DNA of 64,000 nt from Candidatus Binataceae bacterium (GTDB lineage: Bacteria > Desulfobacterota > Binatia > Binatales > Binataceae). This document shows, in pieces, positions 36,308 through 46,725 of the stretch. Where the stretch lies: assembly GCA_050736695.1 (NCBI GenBank), contig JBOHWH010000135.1, positions 28,504 to 92,503 on the forward strand, given 5' to 3'. Each line of letters begins with the position of its first letter. The first letter of the stretch is position 1. The position numbers and the translations under genes are program-made. Below the pieces are notes generated by a model. The model was not told where the DNA came from, made no database searches, and saw nothing but the letters and a program-made list of their open reading frames with translations.

Positions 36308-36958
36308 CTATCGCTCGAACGTGCCGATCAGTTCCCGCAGCCGTAGCTTCGCATCATTGAGCATACACTCGCCGTCGCCAAGCAGCATCGTGTCAAAATC
36401 GAGTGCCGCCAGTCCGCGTACGCTCTCGCGCAGCTTCGGCGGATCGTCCACTACCGTTTCGCGCAACAGGCTGAGCCGCCCCGGCGGATTTCCGACCACC
36501 GCATCGCCGACTATCAGAATCTTCCGTGCGGGCCAGTGCAACGCCACCTCGCCCGGCGATTTTCCCGGCACTCCTACCACGACCAGCGGTCCGATCTTCT
36601 CGTTCACCCTCAACTCATCGTCAAGTTCGGCGCCCTGGCCGCGCGCGTAATCGGCATCGTCGCGATGAATCGCGATTCGTGCTCCGGTGCTCGCCCGTAT
36701 CCGATTCGCCGCCCGCACATGGTTGCGGTTAGTGAGCAGGATTCGGCTGACGCCCGCGCGCGTCAGCTCGCGAAGATCCTCCGCGCCCGGCTCGACCGGA
36801 TCGACGACGAGGTTGCCGGAGCGATCCGCAATCAGAAAGCTGTTGAAGTTGTAGCCGTGCGGCTCTGAAAACCATGACCACGTCAGAATATCGCCCGCGA
36901 TTGTTTTCAACGTGCTCGCCTCGCGGGGGTGGCGTATTGATTCGATGCCACCCGCCAA
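36308..36958 (-). CDS. MBL-fold metallo-hydrolase-like protein
   Basis: 216 aa with a beta-lactamase-fold-like pattern (NSFLIADRSGNLVVDP...ILLTNRNHVRA...IVGDAV). Motif conservation is incomplete. Confidence 0.45.
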   Translation of the reverse strand: MAGGIESIRHPREASTLKTIAGDILTWSWFSEPHGYNFNSFLIADRSGNLVVDPVEPGAEDLRELTRAGVSRILLTNRNHVRAANRIRASTGARIAIHRDDADYARGQGAELDDELRVNEKIGPLVVVGVPGKSPGEVALHWPARKILIVGDAVVGNPPGRLSLLRETVVDDPPKLRESVRGLAALDFDTMLLGDGECMLNDAKLRLRELIGTFER

Positions 36959-37266
36959 GATATCCGCGCGTCCGGAAATATCCGCAGGAAATTTTCCGAA
37001 CAGAATCGATCGCGTACCTTTTCCGATCGATCTCCCGGCGCCGTCTCGAACCGCGCAATCGGGTTTCGTCCCCTTTCGATGTGCGCGTAATCACCCGAAA
37101 ACAGATACAGCTCCGGATTTGACTCGTCAATTCTCAATGCCTGGATCTCTTTCGACGTCTTGATCAATCGCTCGCCCAACGCCAGCAAATCCGTGACGTG
37201 CTCCTCGCTATGCTGCCCGCCGCGCGTCACGATCTCCGCGACTTCCTCGGTGACTAGGCGACGCAT
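36907..37266 (-). CDS. Hypothetical protein (overlaps the upstream end of the MBL-fold ORF in another frame)
   Basis: 119-aa ORF. It could be a separate small gene, or could point to a frameshift or start-site problem in the neighbouring gene. Confidence 0.2.
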   Translation of the reverse strand: MRRLVTEEVAEIVTRGGQHSEEHVTDLLALGERLIKTSKEIQALRIDESNPELYLFSGDYAHIERGRNPIARFETAPGDRSEKVRDRFCSENFLRIFPDARISWRVASNQYATPARRAR

Positions 37267-37424
37267 ACTTCTGAAGAAAATCCGGGAGCTCCGTGATTAT
37301 GGCGGTCGGTGCCGCAAAACGGCCGATGATCGGGTGCGTACGACATGGTTGGTTCCTCTACGCCGGTTAGTTCATCAAGGCTTGAGGATCGATTTAACCA
37401 TTAAAGTCTGACGACTCTCAAGGA

Positions 37425-38108
37425 ATGGCTCCGAAACGAACTCGCGATTCGATTTGCACCGTTGCGGCACTCGTTCGATTATCGAATATCGTGACGCCTT
37501 TTCTCATCGATGGACCCCCGACGGCGGCGCGCTCGATCGCACTCGCGCATGGCGCCGGGGCGCCGATGGATACGCCGTTCATGCAGACGATCGCTCGAGG
37601 TCTCGGCGCGGCGGGTATTCGCGTGATCCGGTTCGAATTCCCATACATGCGGCGGCGCCGCGAGACTGGCGCGCGCCGCGCGCCGGATCCCGGACGCTTG
37701 TTGATTGCGTCCTGGCGTGACACGATTAACGAACTCGGCAATGCGAACCGGCTCGTCATCGGCGGTAAATCGCTCGGCGGCAGGATCGCAAGCATGGTCG
37801 CCGACGAAGCCGGAGCAGCCGGCGTCGTATGCCTCGGCTATCCGTTCCATCCACCCGGCCGGCCAGCGCAGACGCGCATCAAGCATCTCGAGGTGATGCG
37901 CACCGCGGCGCTAATTCTCCAAGGCACGCGAGATAGCTTCGGCCACCCCGATGAAGTGCGCGACTATCAGCTGTCACACGCCATTCGGATCGAGTGGCTC
38001 GAAGACGGAGATCATTCGTTCAAACCGCGCATCCGCAGCGGCCGCACCGAGGCCGACAATCTGCGCAAGGCTATCGCGCTCATCGCCGACTTTATGGCCG
38101 CGCTTTGA
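37425..38108 (+). CDS. Alpha/beta hydrolase (KANL3/Tex30-like, dienelactone hydrolase fold)
   Basis: HGAGAPMD, the nucleophile elbow GGKSLGGR, and a conserved C-terminal His region. Confidence 0.7.
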   Translation: MAPKRTRDSICTVAALVRLSNIVTPFLIDGPPTAARSIALAHGAGAPMDTPFMQTIARGLGAAGIRVIRFEFPYMRRRRETGARRAPDPGRLLIASWRDTINELGNANRLVIGGKSLGGRIASMVADEAGAAGVVCLGYPFHPPGRPAQTRIKHLEVMRTAALILQGTRDSFGHPDEVRDYQLSHAIRIEWLEDGDHSFKPRIRSGRTEADNLRKAIALIADFMAAL

Positions 38109-38159
38109 TTTCCGGGAAAGCCAGTCGGTTGCGCTCTCGAGGTCGGCCAAAGCCTGTCT

Positions 38160-38202
38160 GTGGCGAATTGCCGATTTCTATAGAAAATCAGCAATTCGCC
38201 AC
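38160..38202. repeat. 43-nt near-perfect palindrome (12-bp perfect arms GTGGCGAATTGC / GCAATTCGCCAC around a partly palindromic 19-nt centre)
   Basis: gtggcgaattgccgatttctatagaaaatcagcaattcgccac, located between the two hydrolase genes. No T-tract follows. Confidence 0.5.
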
Positions 38203-38372
38203 ACGCAGGTTCTCTCTTGAGGTACTTGATACTCATAACTGCCGGTCTCTACTTATGATCTGACGGGAAGCAGGCCATCATCTATCATCTTCTTCACAAC
38301 GCCTGAGATCGAAATCGCGTTAGAACAGCGGATATGTCAGGCTGCATCGGGAATAAAGTGGAGATGCCGATG

Positions 38373-39152
38373 AAATCGATGCAGCGAATCTGGCTCGTCT
38401 CGGTCGCCTCCGCGCTTTTGGTCTGCGCTGGACCGCGACAAGCCGCAGCCTGGACCATGAGCCAGTTCGTGTCCAATGGCGAGCCGGTGGAACAGTACGC
38501 CTGCGCGCCCGACTCCAAGCAACCGAGCCCAGCGGTGATCCTGCTGCATGGCGCCGAGGTCCATGGCGCGAGTTATCACAACCTGGAAAGAATCTGCACT
38601 GATCTCGCAGCGCAGGGCTACTACGCGGAAATGATCGAATACTACAGCCAGGGCGAAGAAGTCGTTCCTGGCGAGTTTGGGCAAATCCGCAAATCGTTTC
38701 GCCGGTGGGTATGGAAAATTCACGATGGTTTGGACGCACTCGGTAAAAACCCCGCAGTCGATCCCAAGCGGATTGGTGTGATGGGATATTCGTTGGGCGG
38801 ACTGATGGCGCTAGCTATCGGCGCGCGCCATTCGGACCAGATTGCAGCGGTCGTTGACTACTACGGCGGTCTGCCGCCGTCAGTGAAGGAACAGGCGGCC
38901 ACGATGCCGCCTACATTGATCATCCACGGCGGCAAGGATCGCATCGTGCTCGCTCAGTTATCGCGTGAGCTCGATAAGATTCTCACCGACGCCGGGCGGC
39001 CGCACCAGTTGAAGCTCTATCCCGATGCGGATCACGCTTTCAACTTCGACGACTCGAAAACGTACGACACCAGCGATACGCAAGCCGCATGGACCGCGAC
39101 GCTCGACTTTCTGGCGCAATATCTGAAGGGCAATCCTCCGGCATCTCAATAA
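38373..39152 (+). CDS. Secreted dienelactone hydrolase family protein
   Basis: Signal peptide (MKSMQRIWLVSVASALLVCAG), nucleophile elbow GYSLGG, and the C-terminal HGGKDRIV...DADHAF. Confidence 0.8.
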   Translation, partial: KSMQRIWLVSVASALLVCAGPRQAAAWTMSQFVSNGEPVEQYACAPDSKQPSPAVILLHGAEVHGASYHNLERICTDLAAQGYYAEMIEYYSQGEEVVPGEFGQIRKSFRRWVWKIHDGLDALGKNPAVDPKRIGVMGYSLGGLMALAIGARHSDQIAAVVDYYGGLPPSVKEQAATMPPTLIIHGGKDRIVLAQLSRELDKILTDAGRPHQLKLYPDADHAFNFDDSKTYDTSDTQAAWTATLDFLAQYLKGNPPASQ

Positions 39153-39320
39153 CCGAAGCCGCCGCGTGCCGATTGGCTACCACCCTCGCCGCGGGAGCGT
39201 CAGGTTGACTCTATGAGGTTGTTCGGATTAGCTGACAAATCGCTGCGTACGCGGTACGAGTTTCTAAAGTTTTTTAAGCTCCCCGTACCTAATCCGAAAT
39301 GTCCGCCTGCGAGAGTGCGG

Positions 39321-39890
39321 ATGGCCGATGATAACGCAAAGGGCGGCCGCGGGATTTCCGGCGGCCTGATTGGTGGCGCAACCGCGCTAGCCACCGCGAT
39401 CGCCGCTATCGTCGGGATGCTCAATCAACTCGGCTACATCGGAAATCACGGGACATCCAAGCCGGCCGCAGTCGTCGCATCCGCGCCGCTCAATTCCGAA
39501 CCCGCGAGTGCGCCCGGATCTTCTATCTCGGATGAGGCGCGCTCCGCAGCCGGAGCGGCGCCGTCGTCAGCGCTCGCCATGACAGAGCCCGGGAAATTAT
39601 CGAGCCTCACCGGGGCATGGCGCGACGCCGGCATGGGCGCGTGCCATCTCATTACTCAGCATGGCTCCGATCTCGAAATAACCAACTACTTTCCCGATTC
39701 CAACGAGGTGATGAGCCACGGGGACGGGACGGTTACTGGAAGCCAGGTCGAATTTCGGCTTAGGACGATGCATGGTCACTTTCGAATCTCACCCGATGGC
39801 AAGGTCTTGCAAGGGACGATGCTCCGCGCAACGGGCACACGTCGTTCGATGTGGCAGTACATCGGAACCTCCTGCCGGAAACCGGGCTGA
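39321..39890 (+). CDS. Hypothetical secreted/membrane protein
   Basis: Internal ATG followed by a Gly-rich hydrophobic segment. No recognisable domain. Confidence 0.35.
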   Translation: MADDNAKGGRGISGGLIGGATALATAIAAIVGMLNQLGYIGNHGTSKPAAVVASAPLNSEPASAPGSSISDEARSAAGAAPSSALAMTEPGKLSSLTGAWRDAGMGACHLITQHGSDLEITNYFPDSNEVMSHGDGTVTGSQVEFRLRTMHGHFRISPDGKVLQGTMLRATGTRRSMWQYIGTSCRKPG

Positions 39891-39901
39891 ATCAGCCGGC
39901 C

Positions 39902-41616
39902 TCAAGCCGAACCTGCCGCGGTCGAGGCGGGTAGTTCCTTGATTGGGCGGATCTCCCAGCGGCCTCCGCTGCTCAGTTCGAGGTTGCGATCGTGGTATTG
40001 CGCCAGGCTGGTGCGATGGCCGACGCTTACCACCACTATCGGACTATCGACGAGCCGTCGGTAGAGCATCGTTTCGTTGGCCGGGTCGAGTGCGCTGGTC
40101 GCCTCGTCCAGAAAGGCGAAGCGCGGCAGATTGAGTATCAGGCGCCCGAACGCGAGACGTTGCTGCTCGCCCTGCGACAGGACGTCGGCCCAATTGCGCT
40201 CGGCGTCGAGACCGCCGACGCGCGCGGGCAGATCCGCAAGATTCACCTCGGCGAGGATGCGATTCAGATCGTCGTCGGAGGCTCCCGCCGCGCGCGGGTA
40301 GCATAGCTGCGCGCGCAACGAACCCAGAATCATGTAGGGCCGCTGCGGCAGGAACATCATGTCGGCGAGCGGCGGGCGCACGATTCGACCGCTGCCGGTG
40401 CGCCAGATGCCCGCGATCGCGCGGGTCAGCGAAGTTTTTCCGACACCGCTCGCACCCGTGATCAGCAGGCGTTCGCCCTCTTTGACATCGACCGACAGAT
40501 TCTCCACCAATTGGTTTTGTCCGTCCGGAGTTTTGAGCGAGACATCTTCGAGCGCGATGCACTGCTCTTCGGCGATCTCGATCCCGGGGCTGCCTTCGGC
40601 CAGGCGGGCGTTGTCGCACGCTTCGAGATAGGTTGCGAGCCGATTCACCACCGTGGCATACCTGGTCAATCCCTGGAAATCACTGATCACGAGGGCCAGG
40701 GTGCCCTTGACCGCGCCAAAGGCGGTCGCCGCCTGAAAGATTTGCCCCATCTGAATTTTATGCGAGAAATAGGCGCCCGCCAGCACGATCCACGGCACCA
40801 GGGCGACCGAGTTGTCGTAAGCGGTCTGCACGAAGCCCAGATATAGCTGCCATTGAAGCAGCAGCTTGAAATTCGAGACCACCCACCCGAAGCGTCGGCT
40901 AAGCTCGCCATGCTCCTGCGCTTCGCCGCCGTACATCGCGATCGATTCGGCATTGTCGCGCACGTGAACCAGGTCAAAGCGGAAGTCCGCCTCGTAGCGC
41001 TCCTGATTGAAATTAATCAGCACCAGGCGGCGGCCCACGATCACGGCAGCGTAGGTGCCGATAACCGAATAGGCGATCAGCGAGATTGCCAGCCAGTGCG
41101 AGATCGTCCACAGGATTCCGAAGAACGCGGCCGCCATCACGAGCGAACCCACCAAGCTGTTGATGTAGCTGAGCGTCGAGGTGGTGAAAGTATCGAGATC
41201 CTGCTGGATGCGTTGGTCGGGGTTATCGACGTTGCCGTCGAGGTTCATCTGGTAGAAGGCATGATTGCCGAACCCCGCGCCAACGAACCACTCGGTCATC
41301 CATTCGCGCCAAAGAATCTGGAGCCTGCCGATCAGGTAGGGCAGGAATGGGTAAACCACGATGACGAAAGAGATCCAGATGAAAAAAGCTTCAGCAGGAA
41401 ATAAAATCTCTTCTGATTGTACTTCTGGAGCGCATCGACCACGTCGCGGTTGATATAGCTGAAGACCGCCGAGAACCCGACGAACAGCAGGATCATCACG
41501 AGTACGACGGCCAGCAGGGTGCGGCCCTTGCGCTTCTGATCCGAAACCCAAAACGGCTTCGCCAGCCGCCATAGCCGCTGCCAGAAGACCCGGTCAAACC
41601 TATCCATTGAATTCAA
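39902..41616 (-). pseudogene. ABCD-type (SbmA/BacA-like, ABC_membrane_2) ABC transporter permease/ATPase, with a frameshift near codon 65
   Basis: The N-terminus (MNSMDRFDRVFWQRLWRLAKPFW...) is in the 41332-41616 frame. The rest (TM region, Walker A GASGVGKTS, signature LSQGEQQRLAFGR, Walker B FAFLDEATSALD) is in the 39902-41572 frame. The frames switch around 41400-41445, near A/T homopolymers. Confidence 0.65.
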
Positions 41617-41763
41617 GAATACACCTCGACAACTGCGACGGCGCTAAGTCGGCAGATATGATGTGCGTCAGAATCGCGCCTCGCCGCAAGCGAGTACTCG
41701 CAAACGGTCGATTTGGCGCGGCAATCGGCCGCCCGGCGCATCCAGCGGATATGCGAATACCGG

Positions 41764-42915
41764 CTATTGCTTACCGGCGATCGCGCCGGATTTGCGCAGC
41801 CGCTCGAGATCGCCCGCGCTGAAACCCCAATCGCCGAGCGCGGCTTCCGTATGCTCGCCCGGCCGCGCCGGCGGACGCTGGATCTTGCTCGGAGTGCGGC
41901 TGAAACGCGGTGCCGGACCCGGCTGGAGAACGCCGCCGCTTTCGACGAAGGTGCCGCGATGCCGGTTGTGCGGATGATGCGGCGCTTCGTCCATGCTGAG
42001 GACGGGCGCGAAGCAGATGTCGCTGCCCTCCATGATCGCGCACCACTCGTCGCGCGTCTTGGTCAGGAACAGGGCCTTCAGCCGCTCCTTCATTTTCGGC
42101 CATGAGGCGCGGTCATTCTGGCGCGGCAGCTCCTGCCCCTTGAGGCCCGACAGGCGCAGCAGCTCGTCATAAAATTTGGCTTCGATCGATCCGATCGCGA
42201 CGTGTTTGGCGTCTTTGGTCTCGTAAACTTCGTAATAATGCGCGCCCGTGTCGAGAATATTTTCGCCGCGCTTGTCGTTCCACACTCCCGACAGACGCAG
42301 GCCGTAAATCGCGGTCATCAGCGACGCCGCTCCATCGACCATCGCCGCATCGACCACCTGTCCCTTGCCGGACTTTTGCGCCTCGAGCAGCCCCGCGACG
42401 ACGCCGAGCGCCAGGTAAAGCGCGCCTCCGCCAAAGTCTCCCACCAGGTTGAGCGGCGGGAGCGGCGCGTCGCCTTTGCGGCCGATACTGGCGAGGGCGC
42501 CGGACAGCGCAATGTAGTTGATATCGTGGCCCGCTGCATGCGCGAGCGGACCCTCCTGACCCCATCCGGTCATGCGTCCATAGATCAGGCGTGGATTACG
42601 CTTAAGGCAATCGTCGGGACCGAGCCCGAGCCGTTCGGTCACGCCGGGCCGAAAGCCTTCGATCAGCGCGTCCGCCTTTTCGACCAGTCTCAGCACCGCC
42701 TCGATCGCCTCGGGACGTTTGAGGTCGAGCGCGACCGAGCGGCGGCCGCGATTGAGCAGGCTGTATTTGGTTTCCATCGCTATGCCCAGCGCGGCGTCAG
42801 CCGTGCGGTCGATACGCAGCACGTCGGCGCCCATGTCCGACAGCAGCATCGCGCACATCGGTCCCGGACCGATTCCCGCAAGTTCCACAATTTTGTAACC
42901 TGACAATACTCCCAT
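41764..42915 (-). CDS. CoA-transferase family III protein (CaiB/BaiF; alpha-methylacyl-CoA racemase-like)
   Basis: The N-terminus LSGYKIVELAGIGPGPMCAMLLSDMGADVLRID is the family III signature. 383 aa. Confidence 0.85.
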   Translation of the reverse strand: MGVLSGYKIVELAGIGPGPMCAMLLSDMGADVLRIDRTADAALGIAMETKYSLLNRGRRSVALDLKRPEAIEAVLRLVEKADALIEGFRPGVTERLGLGPDDCLKRNPRLIYGRMTGWGQEGPLAHAAGHDINYIALSGALASIGRKGDAPLPPLNLVGDFGGGALYLALGVVAGLLEAQKSGKGQVVDAAMVDGAASLMTAIYGLRLSGVWNDKRGENILDTGAHYYEVYETKDAKHVAIGSIEAKFYDELLRLSGLKGQELPRQNDRASWPKMKERLKALFLTKTRDEWCAIMEGSDICFAPVLSMDEAPHHPHNRHRGTFVESGGVLQPGPAPRFSRTPSKIQRPPARPGEHTEAALGDWGFSAGDLERLRKSGAIAGKQ

Positions 42916-43049
42916 GATTCACCTCATAAGCTCTTCGGCCTGCTCATCGCTAGCGCGAAGATCGGTTTCGATCCCGCGCCACGCTTGGCGTGGTATCCCT
43001 TCTCTCTAGTATAGATTCAAGAGAACATCACGGGACGAAGAGCGAATAA

Positions 43050-45035
43050 ATGATGGCGACGAAAATGCCGCGCCTGCATTTCGAGGGGCGATGGTTCGTT
43101 GACGAGTCGGGGCGGCGCGTGATTCTGCGCGGCGTCAACCTGGGCGGCGACTGCAAGGTTCCCTATCCAGATGGCGGCACCAACTTTCCCTCCGACTTCT
43201 CGGACCATCGCGAGGTCTCGTTCATCGGGCGGCCGTTTCCGCTCGAACAGGCCGACGAGCATTTTGCGCGCATCCGCGGATGGGGCTTCAACTGCCTGCG
43301 CCTGCTCACGACGTGGGAAGCCGTCGAACATCGCGGCCCGGGAGAATTCGACGCCGAGTATCTCGACTACTACGCCGAGCTATGCCGCCGCGCGGGAGAC
43401 TTCGGGCTTTACGTCTTCGTCGATTTTCATCAGGACGTATGGAGCCGGATGAGCGGCGGCGACGGCGCGCCGTGCTGGATGTTCGAGAAAGTCGGAATCG
43501 ATTACCGGCATCTGGCCGAATCGGAATCGGCGCACGTAATGCAGTTCCTTTACGACTACGCGCGCGGCGGGCGTCAGGAAGATCGCTACCCGACGATGAC
43601 CTGGTCGCAGAACGCGCGCCGGCCCGCCAACGGAATCATGTGGACGCTGTTTTTCGCGGGCCGCGACTTCGCGCCCGGGCTCAATATCGACGGCCGCAAC
43701 GTTCAGGACTACATGCAGGATCACTATTTGGCCTCGCAGGCAGAAATCGCGCGGCGCGTGCGCGATCTTCCCAACGTGATGGGCTTCGACACGCTGAACG
43801 AGCCGCACGAAGGGTGGATCGGGCACTCGCTGAGTTATCGCCACCTCGCGCCGAGCGAGGAGGATCCATTTCCCGCCTCGCCCGGCGTTGCCTGGTCGCC
43901 AATCGACGGGCTACTGGTTTCGCACGGAGTAACCCGCGCGCTCCCGGAACTCGGATACGACAAAGCGGCCAAGCGCGCGGTCGTGCGCCGCGACCGTGAG
44001 ATGAATCCGCGAAAAGTGTCGATCTGGCGCGATGGGCGGGTCGATCCATTCGAACAAGCGGGAGCATGGCGGCTCGGCCCGGGCGGCAACTACGAGATTT
44101 TGCGCGAGGATTTTTTTCAGCGCATCGGCGATCGCAAAGTCAGCTTTATCGAAGACTACATGGGACCGTTTTTCACCCGGGTCGCGGAGAATATGCGCGC
44201 GATCAATCCGGACTGGATTCTGTTTGCGGAAGTCGATCCGCTCTCCGGATTTCTTGGACCCGGTTTTCCCGCCGATACTCCCGCCAACAGCGTCAACGCA
44301 GGCCACTGGTACGACATTGTGACGCTGGGCACGAAGACTTTTCGGACCGATTTTACTTTGGATGAATTGATTGGTGAGACGGCGGCCGCGGCCGTGCAGA
44401 TTCAAACCCGCTACGAGCAACAGCTTGGGCGGTTCGCGAAGAGCTCAGAACGAATCGGCGCCGGCGGAGTGCCCACGCTGATCGGCGAATTCGGAATTCC
44501 GTTCGATCTGAACGGCGGTGAAGCCTACCGCGCCTTTCGCGGCGGCGATCGCTCTTTGACTCCGTGGACGCCGCACATCGTCGCGCTCGATCTGATGTAC
44601 AACGCGCTCGATGCGCTGCTGATCAACAGCACTCACTGGAACTACACCGCATCCAACCGCAACGACCTTGCGATCGGCGACGGATGGAACCAGGAGGATC
44701 TGAGCATCTTCTCGCGCGACCAACAGACCGACCCTAACGACTTGAACAGCGGCGGACGCGCGCTCACGGGCTTCGTGCGGCCGTTCGCCCATGCGACGCA
44801 GGGAACGCCGCGCAAGTCGAAATTCGATCGCGTGTCGGGCGATTTCGAGTTCGTATTCGACGCCGATCCGAAGGCGTCAGCCCCGACCGAGATCTTCGTG
44901 CCGAAGCTTCAATATCCGCGCGGATGCGAGGTCGAGATTTCGGGCGGCGAGGCACGCATCGATCTCGAGCTTCAGCGCCTGTTCGTCACGATTCGCGGAG
45001 CCGGCGAGGTTCGCGTGGCGTTGCATCGGCGATAA
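43050..45035 (+). CDS. Glycoside hydrolase family 5 protein (cellulase-superfamily, endoglycoceramidase-like)
   Basis: GVNLGG...GFNCLRLLTTWEAVEH near the N-terminus and the catalytic NEP (FDTLNEPHEGW). 661 aa. The stop lies 2 nt before the boxC start. Confidence 0.7.
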   Translation: MMATKMPRLHFEGRWFVDESGRRVILRGVNLGGDCKVPYPDGGTNFPSDFSDHREVSFIGRPFPLEQADEHFARIRGWGFNCLRLLTTWEAVEHRGPGEFDAEYLDYYAELCRRAGDFGLYVFVDFHQDVWSRMSGGDGAPCWMFEKVGIDYRHLAESESAHVMQFLYDYARGGRQEDRYPTMTWSQNARRPANGIMWTLFFAGRDFAPGLNIDGRNVQDYMQDHYLASQAEIARRVRDLPNVMGFDTLNEPHEGWIGHSLSYRHLAPSEEDPFPASPGVAWSPIDGLLVSHGVTRALPELGYDKAAKRAVVRRDREMNPRKVSIWRDGRVDPFEQAGAWRLGPGGNYEILREDFFQRIGDRKVSFIEDYMGPFFTRVAENMRAINPDWILFAEVDPLSGFLGPGFPADTPANSVNAGHWYDIVTLGTKTFRTDFTLDELIGETAAAAVQIQTRYEQQLGRFAKSSERIGAGGVPTLIGEFGIPFDLNGGEAYRAFRGGDRSLTPWTPHIVALDLMYNALDALLINSTHWNYTASNRNDLAIGDGWNQEDLSIFSRDQQTDPNDLNSGGRALTGFVRPFAHATQGTPRKSKFDRVSGDFEFVFDADPKASAPTEIFVPKLQYPRGCEVEISGGEARIDLELQRLFVTIRGAGEVRVALHRR

Positions 45036-45036
45036 A

Positions 45037-46725
45037 ATGAAAAATACTCCAGTGGAACGCAATTCAATAGCGCCGATGATTGATTTTCGCACCGAGCCTT
45101 CACGCTACCGGCACTGGAAACTATCGATCGCCGGAGCAGTCGCCACGCTCGCGATGGACGTGGACGAAACCGGCGGTTTGGTTCCCGGCTACGAGCTGAA
45201 GCTCAACTCCTACGACCTGGGCGTTGATATCGAGTTGAACGACGCGATTCAGCGCCTGCGCTTCGAGCATCCGGAGGTCGGATGCGTGATGATCACGTCC
45301 GCCCGGGAGCGCGTGTTCTCCGCCGGCGCGAACATCAGGATGCTCGCGCAGTCGAGTCATCCTTTCAAAGTGAATTTCTGCAAATTTACAAACGAGACAC
45401 GCAACGCAATCGAGGATGCGACGCACAACTCGCGGCAGTTCTATATGACCACGATCGGCGGCCCCTGCGCCGGCGGAGGTTACGAACTCGCGCTCGCAAC
45501 TGACTACATCGTGATGGCCGACGACGGCTCGACCAGCGTCTCGCTTCCCGAGCTGCCGCTGCTCGCGGTGCTGCCGGGAACGGGCGGGCTGACCCGCCTC
45601 GTTGACAAGCGACATGTGCGCCGCGATCGCGCCGATTTTTTCTGCACCACCGAAGAAGGGATCAGAGGCTCGCGCGCCGTCGATTGGCGGTTGGTCGACG
45701 AAGTCGCGCCACGCTCGCGGATTGCGGAAATCGCGGCGCGCAAAGCCGCCGAGTTTGCCGCGCGTTCGGACCGAAGTGCCGCGCATGGCGGAATTGCGCT
45801 GAGCCCGCTCGCGCGGAGTATCGAAGGCGACCGGATTGCGTATCTGCATCTCACCGTCGATCTCGATCGCGCCCAGTCTGCCGCAGTCTTCCGTATCGAG
45901 GGCCCCTCGCAACCCGCGCCGGCGCGAGTTGACGACGCGATCGCGCTCGGATGCGATTTCTGGCCGCTCGCGTTCGCGCGCGAGCTCGAGGACGCGATCC
46001 TTCATCTGCGCTTCAATGAAGACACCGTCCGAACCTGGATTTTCCGCAGCGAAGGCGACCTCGCGCGACTGAAGTCCTACGACGATCTTATGGCCGCGCA
46101 CGCTGACGACTGGCTGGTCCGCGAGATCGTTCTCTATCTGAAGCGCACCCTCAAGCGGCTCGACGTGAGTTCGCGTTCGATGTTCGCATTGATCGAGCCT
46201 GGCTCATGTTTCGGCGGCATTCTGCTGGAGCTCGCGCTCGCGGCTGACCGTGCGTACATGATGCGCGGAAAACGTGCGGATGACGAAACCGCCCCCGCGC
46301 GAATCGTGCTGTCGAAAATGAATTTCGGCGCGCTGCCGATGTGCAACGGTCTCTCGCGGCTGCAAACCAGATTCCTGGACGCTCCCGAGCACGTCGAGAC
46401 AGTATGCGCTCGAATCGGCGAAGAGCTCTCGGCTGAGGACGCCGACGTGCTCGGGCTGGCCGGCTTCACCCCTGACGATATCGACTGGAACGACGAGACC
46501 CGCCTCGCGATCGAGGAGCGCGCCGCATTTTCCTCCGACGCGCTCACCGGACTCGAGGCGTCGCTGCGCTTTGCCGGGCCGGAGACAATCGAAACGAAAA
46601 TTTTCGCGCGGCTGTCCGCTTGGCAGAACTGGATCTTCCAGCGGCCCAACGCAATCGGCGAAAAGGGCGCGCTCAAACTCTACGGCACCGGGCGCCGGGC
46701 CGAATTCGATCCGAGGCGAGTGTGA
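45037..46725 (+). CDS. boxC: Benzoyl-CoA-dihydrodiol lyase BoxC (crotonase-fold, about 560 aa)
   Basis: N-terminal IDFRTEPSRYRHWKL...GYELKLNSYDLGVDIELNDAIQRLRFEHPEV, the crotonase motif CAGGGYELALATDYI, and ...LPGTGGLTRL match BoxC from the aerobic benzoyl-CoA pathway. The ATG is at 45037; the ORF-track upstream extension overlaps the GH5 gene. Confidence 0.8.
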   Translation: MKNTPVERNSIAPMIDFRTEPSRYRHWKLSIAGAVATLAMDVDETGGLVPGYELKLNSYDLGVDIELNDAIQRLRFEHPEVGCVMITSARERVFSAGANIRMLAQSSHPFKVNFCKFTNETRNAIEDATHNSRQFYMTTIGGPCAGGGYELALATDYIVMADDGSTSVSLPELPLLAVLPGTGGLTRLVDKRHVRRDRADFFCTTEEGIRGSRAVDWRLVDEVAPRSRIAEIAARKAAEFAARSDRSAAHGGIALSPLARSIEGDRIAYLHLTVDLDRAQSAAVFRIEGPSQPAPARVDDAIALGCDFWPLAFARELEDAILHLRFNEDTVRTWIFRSEGDLARLKSYDDLMAAHADDWLVREIVLYLKRTLKRLDVSSRSMFALIEPGSCFGGILLELALAADRAYMMRGKRADDETAPARIVLSKMNFGALPMCNGLSRLQTRFLDAPEHVETVCARIGEELSAEDADVLGLAGFTPDDIDWNDETRLAIEERAAFSSDALTGLEASLRFAGPETIETKIFARLSAWQNWIFQRPNAIGEKGALKLYGTGRRAEFDPRRV

